A stretch of 32,000 nt of DNA from Acinetobacter marinus (GCF_900096915.1 NZ_FMYK01000002.1:32808-64807), one strand, 5' to 3'. Counted from the stretch's first letter, positions 7,685 through 15,935 are shown. The notes: a model not told the origin generated them from the sequence alone. Numbers and translations: made by a program.

Positions 7685-9045
7685 TATCTCATTCCTAAAA
7701 TAATGTAAGCGCCAGCAAAATAGGCACAGGCAATAATTGCCCAGCGGAGCTTAGAAAGTAATTCACACCAAGGCGACCACGACAAAGTTAGCGTTGAGGA
7801 TTGACCCATCAAGTTAATGTGTACATTTTTATCTGCTGGACATTGTGACGACCAAGAAACATAGTTATTTTCATAGTCACCTACTGTATGTTCCTGTATT
7901 TCTGCTGTACCGTTTTCACTGAAATCGACACCCGAATCATCTTTAAGCCAATCATCAATAGATTGGATTTTGTCGTTTGTTTCTGTTTGCAAGTCTTTAA
8001 TATCATTTAAATTTTGATTTGATTGATCTAATTTTTCATTAGTCTGATCAAGTTTTGCATTAGTTTGATCAATGCCATTTTGAACAGCATCTAACTTTGT
8101 ATTCGTTGTATCTAAACGTGAGTTTGTACCATCGATTTTTGAATTGACCGTATCAAGTTTTGAATTAGTTTGTGCTGTATTTGATTTTATATCAGCAGTG
8201 TTTTGTGCTGTTTGTGCTGTATTACTCGCAGTTTGAGCTGTGTTATTTTTTACATCATTTAAACGTGCATTCGTTGTATCGAGCTTTGAAGCAACTTGAT
8301 TCACTGCTGATGTAATTGCAGAACTTGCAGAATTAACAGCATTGGTAATGGATGTTTTTGCGTTGTTGACTGCTGTGGTTATTGCAGAAGATGCGTTGTT
8401 TACTGCGCCAACAATGGAAGATGAAGCATTATTGATTGCTGAGATAATGCCCTCAGAATCCATTGTATTACAGTTATTTGTGCCATTACATGAGCCGTCA
8501 CCAGTTCCGTCAGGTGGTTGATTTGGGTCTGTTGGGTCTGTTGGGTCTGTTGGGTCTGTTGGGTCAGTTGGGTCAGTTGGCGGATTAGGGTTTTCAGGAG
8601 TACCCATATTTGTATCTACTTCACAAGTGTTGCCCGTGGATTCATAAGTTCCACCCCATTCGTTGTCATCAAAAGACATTGATGATAATTGTGTGTATTC
8701 ACAGCCTGAATGACAAAACAAGTCAGGCATAGATGAACCATAGTAAGGCTCAAACCATTCCTCATTACCTGCCTCACATTGACTAGGAACATAAGTAAGA
8801 TTGAAAGAAAACCAAACTGAACCACCAGGATAAAGGGCATTTAACTTAGTATGTGTGGAATCTGTGTCTTCAAATGTGCATGAAGCAACGTTAGAACGGT
8901 TAGCTTTAACTGCGGAACACCATTCTTCTTTTGTTTTATATTCAGTTACACCGTTAGTATATGCACCTGTACCAGTCCAACCAGCGAATACAGAATTTGA
9001 GATAAATAACAAAGAAATGAAAATCAAATATTTAAAGTATTTCAT
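7684..9045 (-). CDS. pIII-like adsorption/minor coat protein with PTD linker and long coiled-coil-like repeats (453 aa from the Met at 9045)
   Basis: Signal peptide MKYFKYLIFISLLFISNSVFA; Cys-rich N-domain; (PTD)x6 linker; 11-aa and 7-aa repeat blocks; C-terminal TM anchor WAIIACAYFAGAYIILG. The start was moved from 9096 to the Met preceding the signal peptide. Confidence 0.7.
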   Translation of the reverse strand: MKYFKYLIFISLLFISNSVFAGWTGTGAYTNGVTEYKTKEEWCSAVKANRSNVASCTFEDTDSTHTKLNALYPGGSVWFSFNLTYVPSQCEAGNEEWFEPYYGSSMPDLFCHSGCEYTQLSSMSFDDNEWGGTYESTGNTCEVDTNMGTPENPNPPTDPTDPTDPTDPTDPTDPNQPPDGTGDGSCNGTNNCNTMDSEGIISAINNASSSIVGAVNNASSAITTAVNNAKTSITNAVNSASSAITSAVNQVASKLDTTNARLNDVKNNTAQTASNTAQTAQNTADIKSNTAQTNSKLDTVNSKIDGTNSRLDTTNTKLDAVQNGIDQTNAKLDQTNEKLDQSNQNLNDIKDLQTETNDKIQSIDDWLKDDSGVDFSENGTAEIQEHTVGDYENNYVSWSSQCPADKNVHINLMGQSSTLTLSWSPWCELLSKLRWAIIACAYFAGAYIILGMR

Positions 9046-9119
9046 TATTTCACCATCAAAGTTATTGTGATCGTAAAAACAATGACAATGAGCCAATTTG
9101 CAATGTGAACAGTGTCCAT
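9045..9119 (-). CDS. Possible 24-aa hydrophobic peptide (MDTVHIANWLIVIVFTITITLMVK), translationally coupled to the pIII-like gene
   Basis: AGGGGA RBS lies 4 nt upstream of the ATG. The stop overlaps the next ATG (TAATG). It is too short to be in the ORF track, so the call rests on my own translation. Confidence 0.3.
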   Translation of the reverse strand: MDTVHIANWLIVIVFTITITLMVK

Positions 9120-9151
9120 GTCATCCCCTGAAATTGTTTAAATATTTGAAT

Positions 9152-9173
9152 TAAAAGAGGGGGCGAACCCCCT
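9152..9173 (-). terminator. Rho-independent terminator after the major coat gene
   Basis: GGGGG-TTCG-CCCCC hairpin followed by TCTTTT on the minus strand, immediately 3' of the coat gene, as after gene VIII in Ff phages. Confidence 0.75.
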
Positions 9174-9180
9174 ACTTTTT

Positions 9181-9438
9181 TTATCGTGCAGCTGCTCGAA
9201 GATTACGCCAAATTGCAATACCCGCAGTAAAGCCGAGCCAAGCAACACCGATCGTTGCAGCAGCAGTAACAGCAAGACCAAGATTAGAAACGATCTCAGT
9301 CACATCATAGTCAGCAAAAGCGGAGGTTCCCGCAGTTGCAACAACTGCACCCGCACCGATTTTGTTTACAATGCGTTGTAAACGTGGATATTTTTGTTCT
9401 TTAGCAGTGTGAACAGTCACTTGTGTTTTTTTATCCAT
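9181..9438 (-). CDS. Major coat protein (pVIII-like)
   Basis: Leader ends in AFA. The predicted mature part DYDVTEIVSNLGLAVTAAATIGVAWLGFTAGIAIWRNLRAAAR has an acidic N-terminus, a hydrophobic core and a basic C-terminus. Confidence 0.75.
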   Translation of the reverse strand: MDKKTQVTVHTAKEQKYPRLQRIVNKIGAGAVVATAGTSAFADYDVTEIVSNLGLAVTAAATIGVAWLGFTAGIAIWRNLRAAAR

Positions 9439-9631
9439 GAGATGATTCCCCTATTTTGGATAATTTTCGAAATACAGCTCCAGTGATGATAACCAGTGCA
9501 ATAGATGCACTAATAACAACAGCTTGAGCCATTGTGATGCCAAGCAGATCATTTATTGTGATTTGCTCGACCCATACGGCGCATGTAGCGACATTGTTTT
9601 GTACGGTCAATTGCTCGCATACATACGCCAT
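9431..9631 (-). CDS. Small membrane protein (66 aa), phage structural module
   Basis: One TM segment (AQAVVISASIALVIITGAVF). Overlaps the coat gene start by 8 nt. No family recognised. Confidence 0.5.
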   Translation of the reverse strand: MAYVCEQLTVQNNVATCAVWVEQITINDLLGITMAQAVVISASIALVIITGAVFRKLSKIGESSHG

Positions 9632-9633
9632 AT

Positions 9634-9732
9634 TTAATGACCTCTTAAAAATTTGAGCGTTGCTTTATACACACAATAAATGTGTGCAATAACGCCAATT
9701 AATAAGAAGTACCAAACTGCATATATGATCAT
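9634..9732 (-). CDS. Possible 32-aa hydrophobic protein (pVII/pIX-like size): MIIYAVWYFLLIGVIAHIYCVYKATLKFLRGH
   Basis: My own translation. It is packed with 2-3 nt gaps between the neighbouring ORFs, and its size and hydrophobicity resemble Ff minor coat proteins. Confidence 0.35.
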   Translation of the reverse strand: MIIYAVWYFLLIGVIAHIYCVYKATLKFLRGH

Positions 9733-9735
9733 AAT

Positions 9736-9840
9736 TTAGTCATCACAATATTTTTGATGTTTTTCTAAATCTTGTTTAGATACAAAATCTTGATCACATC
9801 GTGTACATGTGAATAGTGTTCGTTCCCATTGATAAATCAC
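9736..9840 (-). CDS. Possible 34-aa C2HC zinc-finger-like peptide: (V/M)IYQWERTLFTCTRCDQDFVSKQDLEKHQKYCDD
   Basis: The GTG start overlaps the stop of the ssDNA-binding gene (GTGA). The C-x2-C-x12-H-x3-C spacing was read directly. The ORF fills an otherwise unassigned gap. Confidence 0.3.
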   Translation of the reverse strand: MIYQWERTLFTCTRCDQDFVSKQDLEKHQKYCDD

Positions 9841-10142
9841 GGTTTTGCCTGTTGTGACGTTTTTGGCACAGGAACAACATCAAGAATAATCGTGGTCATT
9901 GCTTTACCATTGGAAACCTGTTGCATAACAACATCGGCAAGCAATGGCGATTCATGTTTATTCAGTTTTTCAATGTTTGAAGAAAGCCCCCAGCGCATTG
10001 ATTCGCCGACTTGACCCCAGTAATTTGCACCCTCAGGTGTGTCAGCTTGGAAAAACACCTCAGTGTAATCGTATGTATTCCCTTGGAATTCGCCCTTTGA
10101 AGCACGAGCGCCCAAGATTACAAGTTGAGTTTTAAATTGCAT
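9837..10142 (-). CDS. Putative ssDNA-binding protein (pV-like), 101 aa
   Basis: Assigned by size and by its position immediately after, and overlapping, the replication gene. No diagnostic motif recognised. Confidence 0.5.
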   Translation of the reverse strand: MQFKTQLVILGARASKGEFQGNTYDYTEVFFQADTPEGANYWGQVGESMRWGLSSNIEKLNKHESPLLADVVMQQVSNGKAMTTIILDVVPVPKTSQQAKP

Positions 10143-11640
10143 TTATGAATTCCTCATAGATTGGTTTTTCAAAGTTGTAATCAGCACCAACGAATAAAGG
10201 GAATTCGTCAGCAAATGATTTTTGGATAGGTTGATTGGTACAAATTGCTTGATGAACCGCAGCCATTGAAAACTGTAAACGCTTCGGTACTTCGTCTTTA
10301 TCAGATGAAAGCAAGCGAATTAATTCGCTTGGTTCGATGTATTTCGCAAAATGGCGCATATACTTACCGAATTGATGCTTCATGATTGAAATTGCTTTCA
10401 ATTCATTGATTTTGCTTTGCTTTTTAACAATTTCCAATTTTGTCGGTAATGCATAATCACCAAGTTTTTCGATTAAAAGACGAAATGCAGGGTATGCACC
10501 TGAAAAATAATCAGTTGGATTCAACAAAATATCCAAAGGGATATGGGCTTGTGTCGCTTTAAATTCGATTTCTGCACGTACCCACGGAGACATATTGTCG
10601 CCCTCTTTTTTGCCACGTTCATAAATGCGGGCAAACTTATAACTGGTACGATCACCAATTGTTAAGGTACGTCCTTTACCTGTGATACGTTTCCAGTTAC
10701 CTAAATGGTTAACCTCAGGAGGGCGACCACCTGAGAAAAACAACCCAGCATCGTCCCATTCGTCAGCCAACTCCGTAGTTATAAATTCGCCCTCGAAGTC
10801 ATCAAAAGCCAAGTCGACACGGTTTAATTTTGCTTTTCTTGCTTGATCATGGAGAAAATCATATAGGCGTTCATTCCAGCCAAGACGTGCCAGTGAACAG
10901 CCTGAGCCGTTTATCTGCACTGCAATACGGCGTGATTTATGACCATATAAAACCATGCCCAAATTATCTTGTAATTCATAGGCGCATTGATACCAGTGCA
11001 TGCCTTTATCACGTTTTTTACCTAATCCGAAACCGAACATTTCAAAAAGCCACTGGTCAAGGTGCGTTTCAATAGCATCGGTCAATGCTTCGATATTGTG
11101 TTGAGGGTCAATAAATGAATATTTTTCACCAAAAGTGGATTGGCAAAAACTGAATGTTACCCAGTCGTGACCTACATCCTGACCCTGAACGGGCACACAG
11201 CAAAGCACTGGCACAACGCCTTGAGGAGTTGAAATTAATTTGTGATTGTCCAAATGCCGAGGAAATGCGTATTTTTCAGATTGCGGGTACTCATCCTTTT
11301 CCCCCATATTATAAATTGGGGGAAATTCACGGTGATTTACTATGTGTTTTTCACACGTTTTGGATAAATTTTGTACAAAAGATTGCTGGATTGAATGGTC
11401 AGGAACATATGCAATTTTTTTCGATAATTCAGAATCAAACTTTTTCAGTTTATTGATAAATATGCCATCGAGCATATTTTTTAAGGTCAGCGAATCATTG
11501 GCAGTAATGTCACCAAATGCAGTCAATGCATGAATTTCTTCATCAAGCGCCGTTTTTGCTTTAAACACGTGAACAGCATTAGGGGCGATTTCATTATCGA
11601 AATCTTTAATCTGCTCGATGATCTTAAATAGTGGATTCAT
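10132..11640 (-). CDS. Rolling-circle replication initiation protein (pII/RstA-like, Rep_trans-type)
   Basis: 502 aa. The block LNRVDLAFDDFEG...IYERGKK...AEIEFK resembles the replication-initiation factor family of filamentous phages. It sits at the head of the long operon. Confidence 0.7.
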   Translation of the reverse strand: MNPLFKIIEQIKDFDNEIAPNAVHVFKAKTALDEEIHALTAFGDITANDSLTLKNMLDGIFINKLKKFDSELSKKIAYVPDHSIQQSFVQNLSKTCEKHIVNHREFPPIYNMGEKDEYPQSEKYAFPRHLDNHKLISTPQGVVPVLCCVPVQGQDVGHDWVTFSFCQSTFGEKYSFIDPQHNIEALTDAIETHLDQWLFEMFGFGLGKKRDKGMHWYQCAYELQDNLGMVLYGHKSRRIAVQINGSGCSLARLGWNERLYDFLHDQARKAKLNRVDLAFDDFEGEFITTELADEWDDAGLFFSGGRPPEVNHLGNWKRITGKGRTLTIGDRTSYKFARIYERGKKEGDNMSPWVRAEIEFKATQAHIPLDILLNPTDYFSGAYPAFRLLIEKLGDYALPTKLEIVKKQSKINELKAISIMKHQFGKYMRHFAKYIEPSELIRLLSSDKDEVPKRLQFSMAAVHQAICTNQPIQKSFADEFPLFVGADYNFEKPIYEEFINAI

Positions 11641-11641
11641 G

Positions 11642-11893
11642 TCAGCAATCCCCCATGTTTTCTTGTAATTCTTTGTTGGCTGCCTTATATGTTTCTAGGT
11701 ATGCATCAATTAATGAATGATCATAAGACCATTCGTAACAGACCAGCGCCAAGTGAGATAAGCATTTTTGCGTTGAAAAAGCGGGTACAAATGCGTCCAA
11801 TGTTGGGCGACCATGATCAGAAATGATTTTGGCGATGTCATTGAAAGCAGATTGCAAATATTCTTGTCGTGTTTGAAATATTATTTGTGCCAT
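11642..11893 (-). CDS. Hypothetical phage protein (83 aa)
   Basis: The ORF is tightly packed between orf68 and rep. No family recognised. Confidence 0.45.
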   Translation of the reverse strand: MAQIIFQTRQEYLQSAFNDIAKIISDHGRPTLDAFVPAFSTQKCLSHLALVCYEWSYDHSLIDAYLETYKAANKELQENMGDC

Positions 11894-12100
11894 TTATGCC
11901 ACCACTGGGAGGGAGCCAAGTTTTTTCTTGATGCGATCTAAAGACCTAGGTTGATCAATACCATCTATAAAACGGCACTTATGAGCAAAAGTAGATTTCT
12001 GAACGTATTCTTTGAAATACTTTTGGCGCAATTCATGAGAATCAGCATTAATAATGCTTTTTTCGAGTTCTCGAAGTTCAGAACGAATTTGATTCTTCAT
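11894..12100 (-). CDS. Hypothetical phage protein (68 aa), first gene of the leftward operon
   Basis: Basic, charged small ORF directly abutting the next gene. Its position suggests a regulator or Cro-like role, which is inference only. Confidence 0.4.
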   Translation of the reverse strand: MKNQIRSELRELEKSIINADSHELRQKYFKEYVQKSTFAHKCRFIDGIDQPRSLDRIKKKLGSLPVVA

Positions 12101-12133
12101 AAAAAGCCCCTTGATATTTTTGGTATTTGGTTT

Positions 12134-12204
12134 TACCGTTCACGGTATTAACTTACCCAATTGGATAAATATCCATATGGGTAATCTAACTATCCATTTG
12201 GATA
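12134..12204. promoter_or_regulatory. Divergent promoter/operator region with three palindromes
   Basis: TACCGT-TC-ACGGTA (12134-12147); ACCCAATTGGATAAATATCCATATGGGT (12155-12182, core TGGATA-AA-TATCCA); TATCCA-TT-TGGATA (12191-12204). The region lies between the divergent repressor gene and the rep operon. Confidence 0.55.
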
Positions 12205-12222
12205 AAATCAAGAGGGCGAATT

Positions 12223-12519
12223 ATGAATAAAGAGCTAGTTGATCTGATTGATCGTGCAAGATGGAAAGCAGGAAGCTATAAAGCTGTAGCAGAAAAGATG
12301 GGAATTACAGCAGGAAGATTATCGGATTTTAAACATGGCAATAGAACGCCATCGACATTAAATATTTGTCAACTTGCTGATATTGCTGAACTAAATGTAG
12401 CAGAAACTTTGTTTCAGATATTAGAAAAGCTCGACACTGATCATGCCGAGCTTTGGAGAATTTGGCGTCCCTACGGGGATTCGAACCCCGGTTACCGCCG
12501 TGAAAGGGCGATGTCCTAG
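12223..12519 (+). CDS. HTH (Cro/CI-type) phage repressor; last ~20 codons read into the tRNA-Glu/att core
   Basis: The HTH-like segment SYKAVAEKMGITAGRLSDFKHG, an AGAGGG RBS, and divergent orientation to the rep operon. The C-terminus WRPYGDSNPGYRRERAMS is encoded by tRNA sequence. Confidence 0.6.
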   Translation: MNKELVDLIDRARWKAGSYKAVAEKMGITAGRLSDFKHGNRTPSTLNICQLADIAELNVAETLFQILEKLDTDHAELWRIWRPYGDSNPGYRRERAMS

Positions 12520-12538
12520 GCCTCTAGACGATAGGGAC
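12463..12538 (-). tRNA. tRNA-Glu (anticodon TTC); its 3' 46 nt form the attR core
   Basis: The reverse complement GTCCCTATCGTCTAGAGGCC...CTTTCAC...GGTTCGAATCCCCGTAGGGACGCCA folds as a cloverleaf. Confidence 0.92.
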
Positions 12539-12605
12539 TAATATGAGGCATGTTCTAAAGTGAAGTGTTGACTTCAAGGCACTTTAATTAGGTTAAGAAT
12601 TAAAG

Positions 12606-12681
12606 TGGCGTCCCTACGGGGATTCGAACCCCGGTTACCGCCGTGAAAGGGCGATGTCCTAGGCCTCTAGACGATAGGGAC
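12606..12681 (-). tRNA. tRNA-Glu (anticodon TTC), second identical copy
   Basis: Same 76-nt sequence as 12463-12538. Confidence 0.92.
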
Positions 12682-12878
12682 GCAGAGTACAAGTGTTGAT
12701 AACTATCAATCTGCTTGCTTAGAACGAGGTGCATTGTAATGGCATATTATTGATGATGCAAACGATTTCAATGCACTAACGACGAGATCATGCGCTTTTT
12801 CATGCTATTTGTCCAAGTTTTATGCAACATCGTTCAAATTGAACGCAACGCAGGTGCTTTATTCAGAATAATCATCAA

Positions 12879-13382
12879 TTAGGTCGATTGGATGCGGCAT
12901 GAGGTGTGGCTATGTTCGTGCTCTAGCCGAGTTTTTTTGCGATGCTCGGCAGCTTCAAAGCGACATTGTTGTACAGGGTTTTGAATGGTTAATGGCGGAA
13001 TCTTTTTGGGTTTACGGTTTTCATCGACGGCGACCATGGTGAAGTAACAGGTATTGGTATGACGTCGGGTGCGTTCTCGAATATTTTGTGCTTCGACACG
13101 GATACCGATTTCCATCGAGGTATTGCCGACATGGTTGACGCTAGCGAGGAAAGTCACCAGTTCACCGACATGCACAGGTTCTTTGAATAACACCTGATCG
13201 ACAGACAAGGTCACCACATAGCTACCACTATATTGACTGGCACAGGCAAACGCCGCTTGATCCAACAATTTTAAAATAATACCGCCGTGAATATTTCCTG
13301 AGAAATTGACCATATCTGGCGTCATCAATACAGACATGCTGAGTTCGGTCTGTAGATTGGCTGGAGTGGTTGAATCAGGCAT
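12879..13382 (-). CDS. Acyl-CoA thioesterase, hotdog fold (YciA-like)
   Basis: NIHGGIILKLLDQAAFACA and the SMEIGIRVEA hotdog-type core. The start is set at MPDSTTP, preceded by an AAGGAAA RBS; the track ORF extends to 13442. Confidence 0.75.
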   Translation of the reverse strand: MPDSTTPANLQTELSMSVLMTPDMVNFSGNIHGGIILKLLDQAAFACASQYSGSYVVTLSVDQVLFKEPVHVGELVTFLASVNHVGNTSMEIGIRVEAQNIRERTRRHTNTCYFTMVAVDENRKPKKIPPLTIQNPVQQCRFEAAEHRKKTRLEHEHSHTSCRIQST

Positions 13383-13703
13383 GAGGATTTCCTTCATTTG
13401 CAACAATATCGATAGATTAAGCACAAAACAGGGTGTATTCAATGCTTTCTGTGCCTAGAGAATAAGCCAGTTGATTATCAGATCATAGGTTGAATAGATG
13501 ATCATCAACATGGCAAAGCCTGCCATTCACACGGTGATATTGCTAGCAAAATTAGCGCCAGAAGATGACATCCGTGCACATCATGTGCAGTTTCATATCC
13601 TAAGTTGTCGCAGTGCGTCAGTAAGTACTTGCTGAAAATTCCCAAGCGCCGTAGCATAGCTAAAACTTGATAAAATGATTTCTAGAAGGAATGCATCGAT
13701 CAC

Positions 13704-15935
13704 ATGAGTAGCCTTGTCCATCACGCCACTGAAAACCGCTCTGTTGCCGAATTCACCGAACAAGCCTATTTAAACTACGCCATGTACGTGATCATGGATC
13801 GTGCATTGCCCCATATTAGTGATGGTCTAAAGCCTGTACAGCGTCGTATCGTCTATGCGATGAGCGAACTTGGATTAAAGAATTCAGGTAAACCAAAGAA
13901 ATCTGCACGTACCGTCGGTGATGTGCTCGGTAAATATCATCCACATGGCGATAGCGCATGTTATGAAGCGATGGTGTTGATGGCACAGCCGTTTAGCTAT
14001 CGTTATCCATTTATCGAAGGTCAAGGCAACTGGGGATCACCAGACGATCCAAAATCCTTTGCGGCGATGCGTTATACCGAAGCCAAGTTGTCCAATTATA
14101 GTGAGCTTTTACTCAGCGAACTCGGTCAAGGCACTTGTGAATGGCAAGACAACTTTGATGGTAGTTTAAAAGAACCAGTCACCATGCCTGCTCGTGTGCC
14201 GAATATTTTACTCAATGGTACGACAGGGATTGCGGTCGGTATGGCAACCGATATTCCACCGCACAATCTACGTGAAGTGGTCAAAGGCACCGTTGCCCTG
14301 ATTAAAAATGCCAACCTGACCGATGAAAAATTACAAAGCATTATCCCAGGTCCTGATTTACCGACCCATGCCGAGATTATTACCCGACCTGAAGAATTAT
14401 TAAAAATTCAAACCACGGGACGTGGTAGTTATCGCATGCGTGCAGTTTATACGGTTGATAAGCAAGCGGATAAACACGAGATCGTGATTCAGCATCTACC
14501 GTATCAAGTATCAGGCTCGAAGGTACTGACGCAGATTGCGGATCAAATGCAAGCGAAGAAGTTGCCATTTGTGACTGATCTACGGGATGAATCTGACCAT
14601 AAAAATCCAACGCGTTTGGTGATCGTACTGCGTTCCAATCGGGTTGACGTTGATGCGATCATGAGTCATCTGTTTGCTACGACCGATCTGGAAAGTAGTT
14701 ATCGGGTCAATCTAAATATGATCGGTGCGGACGGTCGCCCACAGGTCAAATCGATTCGTCAGATTCTGCTGGAATGGATTGAGATTCGCACTGAAACTAT
14801 TACCAATCGACTACGCTATCACCTCAATAAAATCGAAAAACGTCTACATATCTTGGCGGGATTACTCATCGCCTATCTCGACATAGATACCGTCATTAAA
14901 ATTATCCGTGAAGAAGATAAGCCAAAGCCTGTTTTGATGGCACATTTTGGTATTGATGAGATTCAAGCCGAAGCGATTTTAGAACTCAAGTTGCGTCATT
15001 TGGCACGCCTTGAGGAAATGGAAATTCGCAGAGAGCAAGACGAGTTAGCGGCACGTGCAGCAGTGATTCGTGAACAATTGGAAAACCCTGAATCACTGAA
15101 AAAACTGATGATCGAAGAGCTGACAGAAGATGCCAAAAAGTTTGGCGATGATCGTCGTTCACAAATCGTGTTGCGTGAAGATGCAGTGCAAATCAAGGAA
15201 TCTGACCTTGCACCAGCGGAAACCGTGACCGTGGTGCTCTCTGAAGCAGGTTGGATTCGGATGGCAAAAGGTGAAGTCGATGCCACACAGCTCAACTACC
15301 GTGCAGGGGATAAATATTTAGACTCTGCAATTGGTAAGTCCAATCAAAAAGTCTATTTACTTGATCAGACTGGACGTAGCTATGCACTCGCTGCTAATGG
15401 TTTGCCTTCTGCACGAGGACAAGGTGAGCCACTCACCTCAAAACTTAATCCAGCCAATGGCGTGCAATTTGTGCAAGTGATCATGGGCGCCGATGATGCG
15501 CCGATCGTGACGCTTAGTTCACAAGCGTACGGTTTTTTATCCACTTTGAAACAACTTGATACCTCTGCCAAAGCGGGCAAGAACTATTTATCTGTAACAG
15601 ATGGTTTCAAGAGCCTAGCAATTGAATTTGCTCAAGAAAAAAGTCATTTGGCACTGCTCAGTCAGCAAGGTCGCCTACTTATTATTGATAGGGAATCTTT
15701 ACCACAACTCAATAAAGGTAAAGGAAACAAGATGATGCAACTTGAGGCTGGAGATGAACTAATCAGTCATCTTACTCTGAATTTGAGCCAAGATGTGTTA
15801 AAAATACACGTTGGCAATCGCTTCCTTAACTTAAAAGGCGAAGATTTGAAAGCCTACTATGGTAAAAAGGCGACCAAAGGCAAACTTTTACCTCGTGGCT
15901 ATCAGAAAGCGCAACGATTATCACTTGATCTGTAA
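13704..15935 (+). CDS. parC: DNA topoisomerase IV subunit A
   Basis: 743 aa. N-terminus [51 protein letters not shown], and the active-site region AAMRYTE. Confidence 0.95.
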   Translation: MSSLVHHATENRSVAEFTEQAYLNYAMYVIMDRALPHISDGLKPVQRRIVYAMSELGLKNSGKPKKSARTVGDVLGKYHPHGDSACYEAMVLMAQPFSYRYPFIEGQGNWGSPDDPKSFAAMRYTEAKLSNYSELLLSELGQGTCEWQDNFDGSLKEPVTMPARVPNILLNGTTGIAVGMATDIPPHNLREVVKGTVALIKNANLTDEKLQSIIPGPDLPTHAEIITRPEELLKIQTTGRGSYRMRAVYTVDKQADKHEIVIQHLPYQVSGSKVLTQIADQMQAKKLPFVTDLRDESDHKNPTRLVIVLRSNRVDVDAIMSHLFATTDLESSYRVNLNMIGADGRPQVKSIRQILLEWIEIRTETITNRLRYHLNKIEKRLHILAGLLIAYLDIDTVIKIIREEDKPKPVLMAHFGIDEIQAEAILELKLRHLARLEEMEIRREQDELAARAAVIREQLENPESLKKLMIEELTEDAKKFGDDRRSQIVLREDAVQIKESDLAPAETVTVVLSEAGWIRMAKGEVDATQLNYRAGDKYLDSAIGKSNQKVYLLDQTGRSYALAANGLPSARGQGEPLTSKLNPANGVQFVQVIMGADDAPIVTLSSQAYGFLSTLKQLDTSAKAGKNYLSVTDGFKSLAIEFAQEKSHLALLSQQGRLLIIDRESLPQLNKGKGNKMMQLEAGDELISHLTLNLSQDVLKIHVGNRFLNLKGEDLKAYYGKKATKGKLLPRGYQKAQRLSLDL

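Larger units (their letters stand above)
4880..12508. mobile_element. Integrated filamentous (Inoviridae-like) prophage, ~7.6 kb, in tRNA-Glu
   Basis: 52-bp direct repeats at both ends. Integrase lies next to attL and a divergent repressor next to attR. Canonical inovirus gene order with tightly coupled small genes, and visibly more AT-rich than the flanks. Confidence 0.85.

Noticed and set aside
8523-8580. Tandem 9-bp repeats that might be mistaken for a mini-array or CRISPR
   Set aside because: The units are contiguous with no spacers and sit in frame inside the pIII-like gene, encoding PTD repeats. No CRISPR-like repeat-spacer structure exists anywhere in the window.
4880-12508. XerCD/dif-type integration, as in CTXphi-like filamentous phages
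   Set aside because: I could not see a dif-like 28-bp site at either junction. The junctions are instead a 52-bp tRNA-Glu-derived repeat next to a phage-encoded integrase. The xerD at 31707 is the ordinary chromosomal gene.
14996-15295. Antisense or alternative-frame ORFs inside housekeeping genes (e.g. 14996-15295 in parC, 2236-3036 in tuf, 27845-28605 in thrC, 29371-30099 in hom, 30974-31327 in dsbC, 10830-11533 in rep)
   Set aside because: They lie wholly within strongly supported genes on the other strand or in another frame, have biased or low-complexity composition, and show no independent signals.
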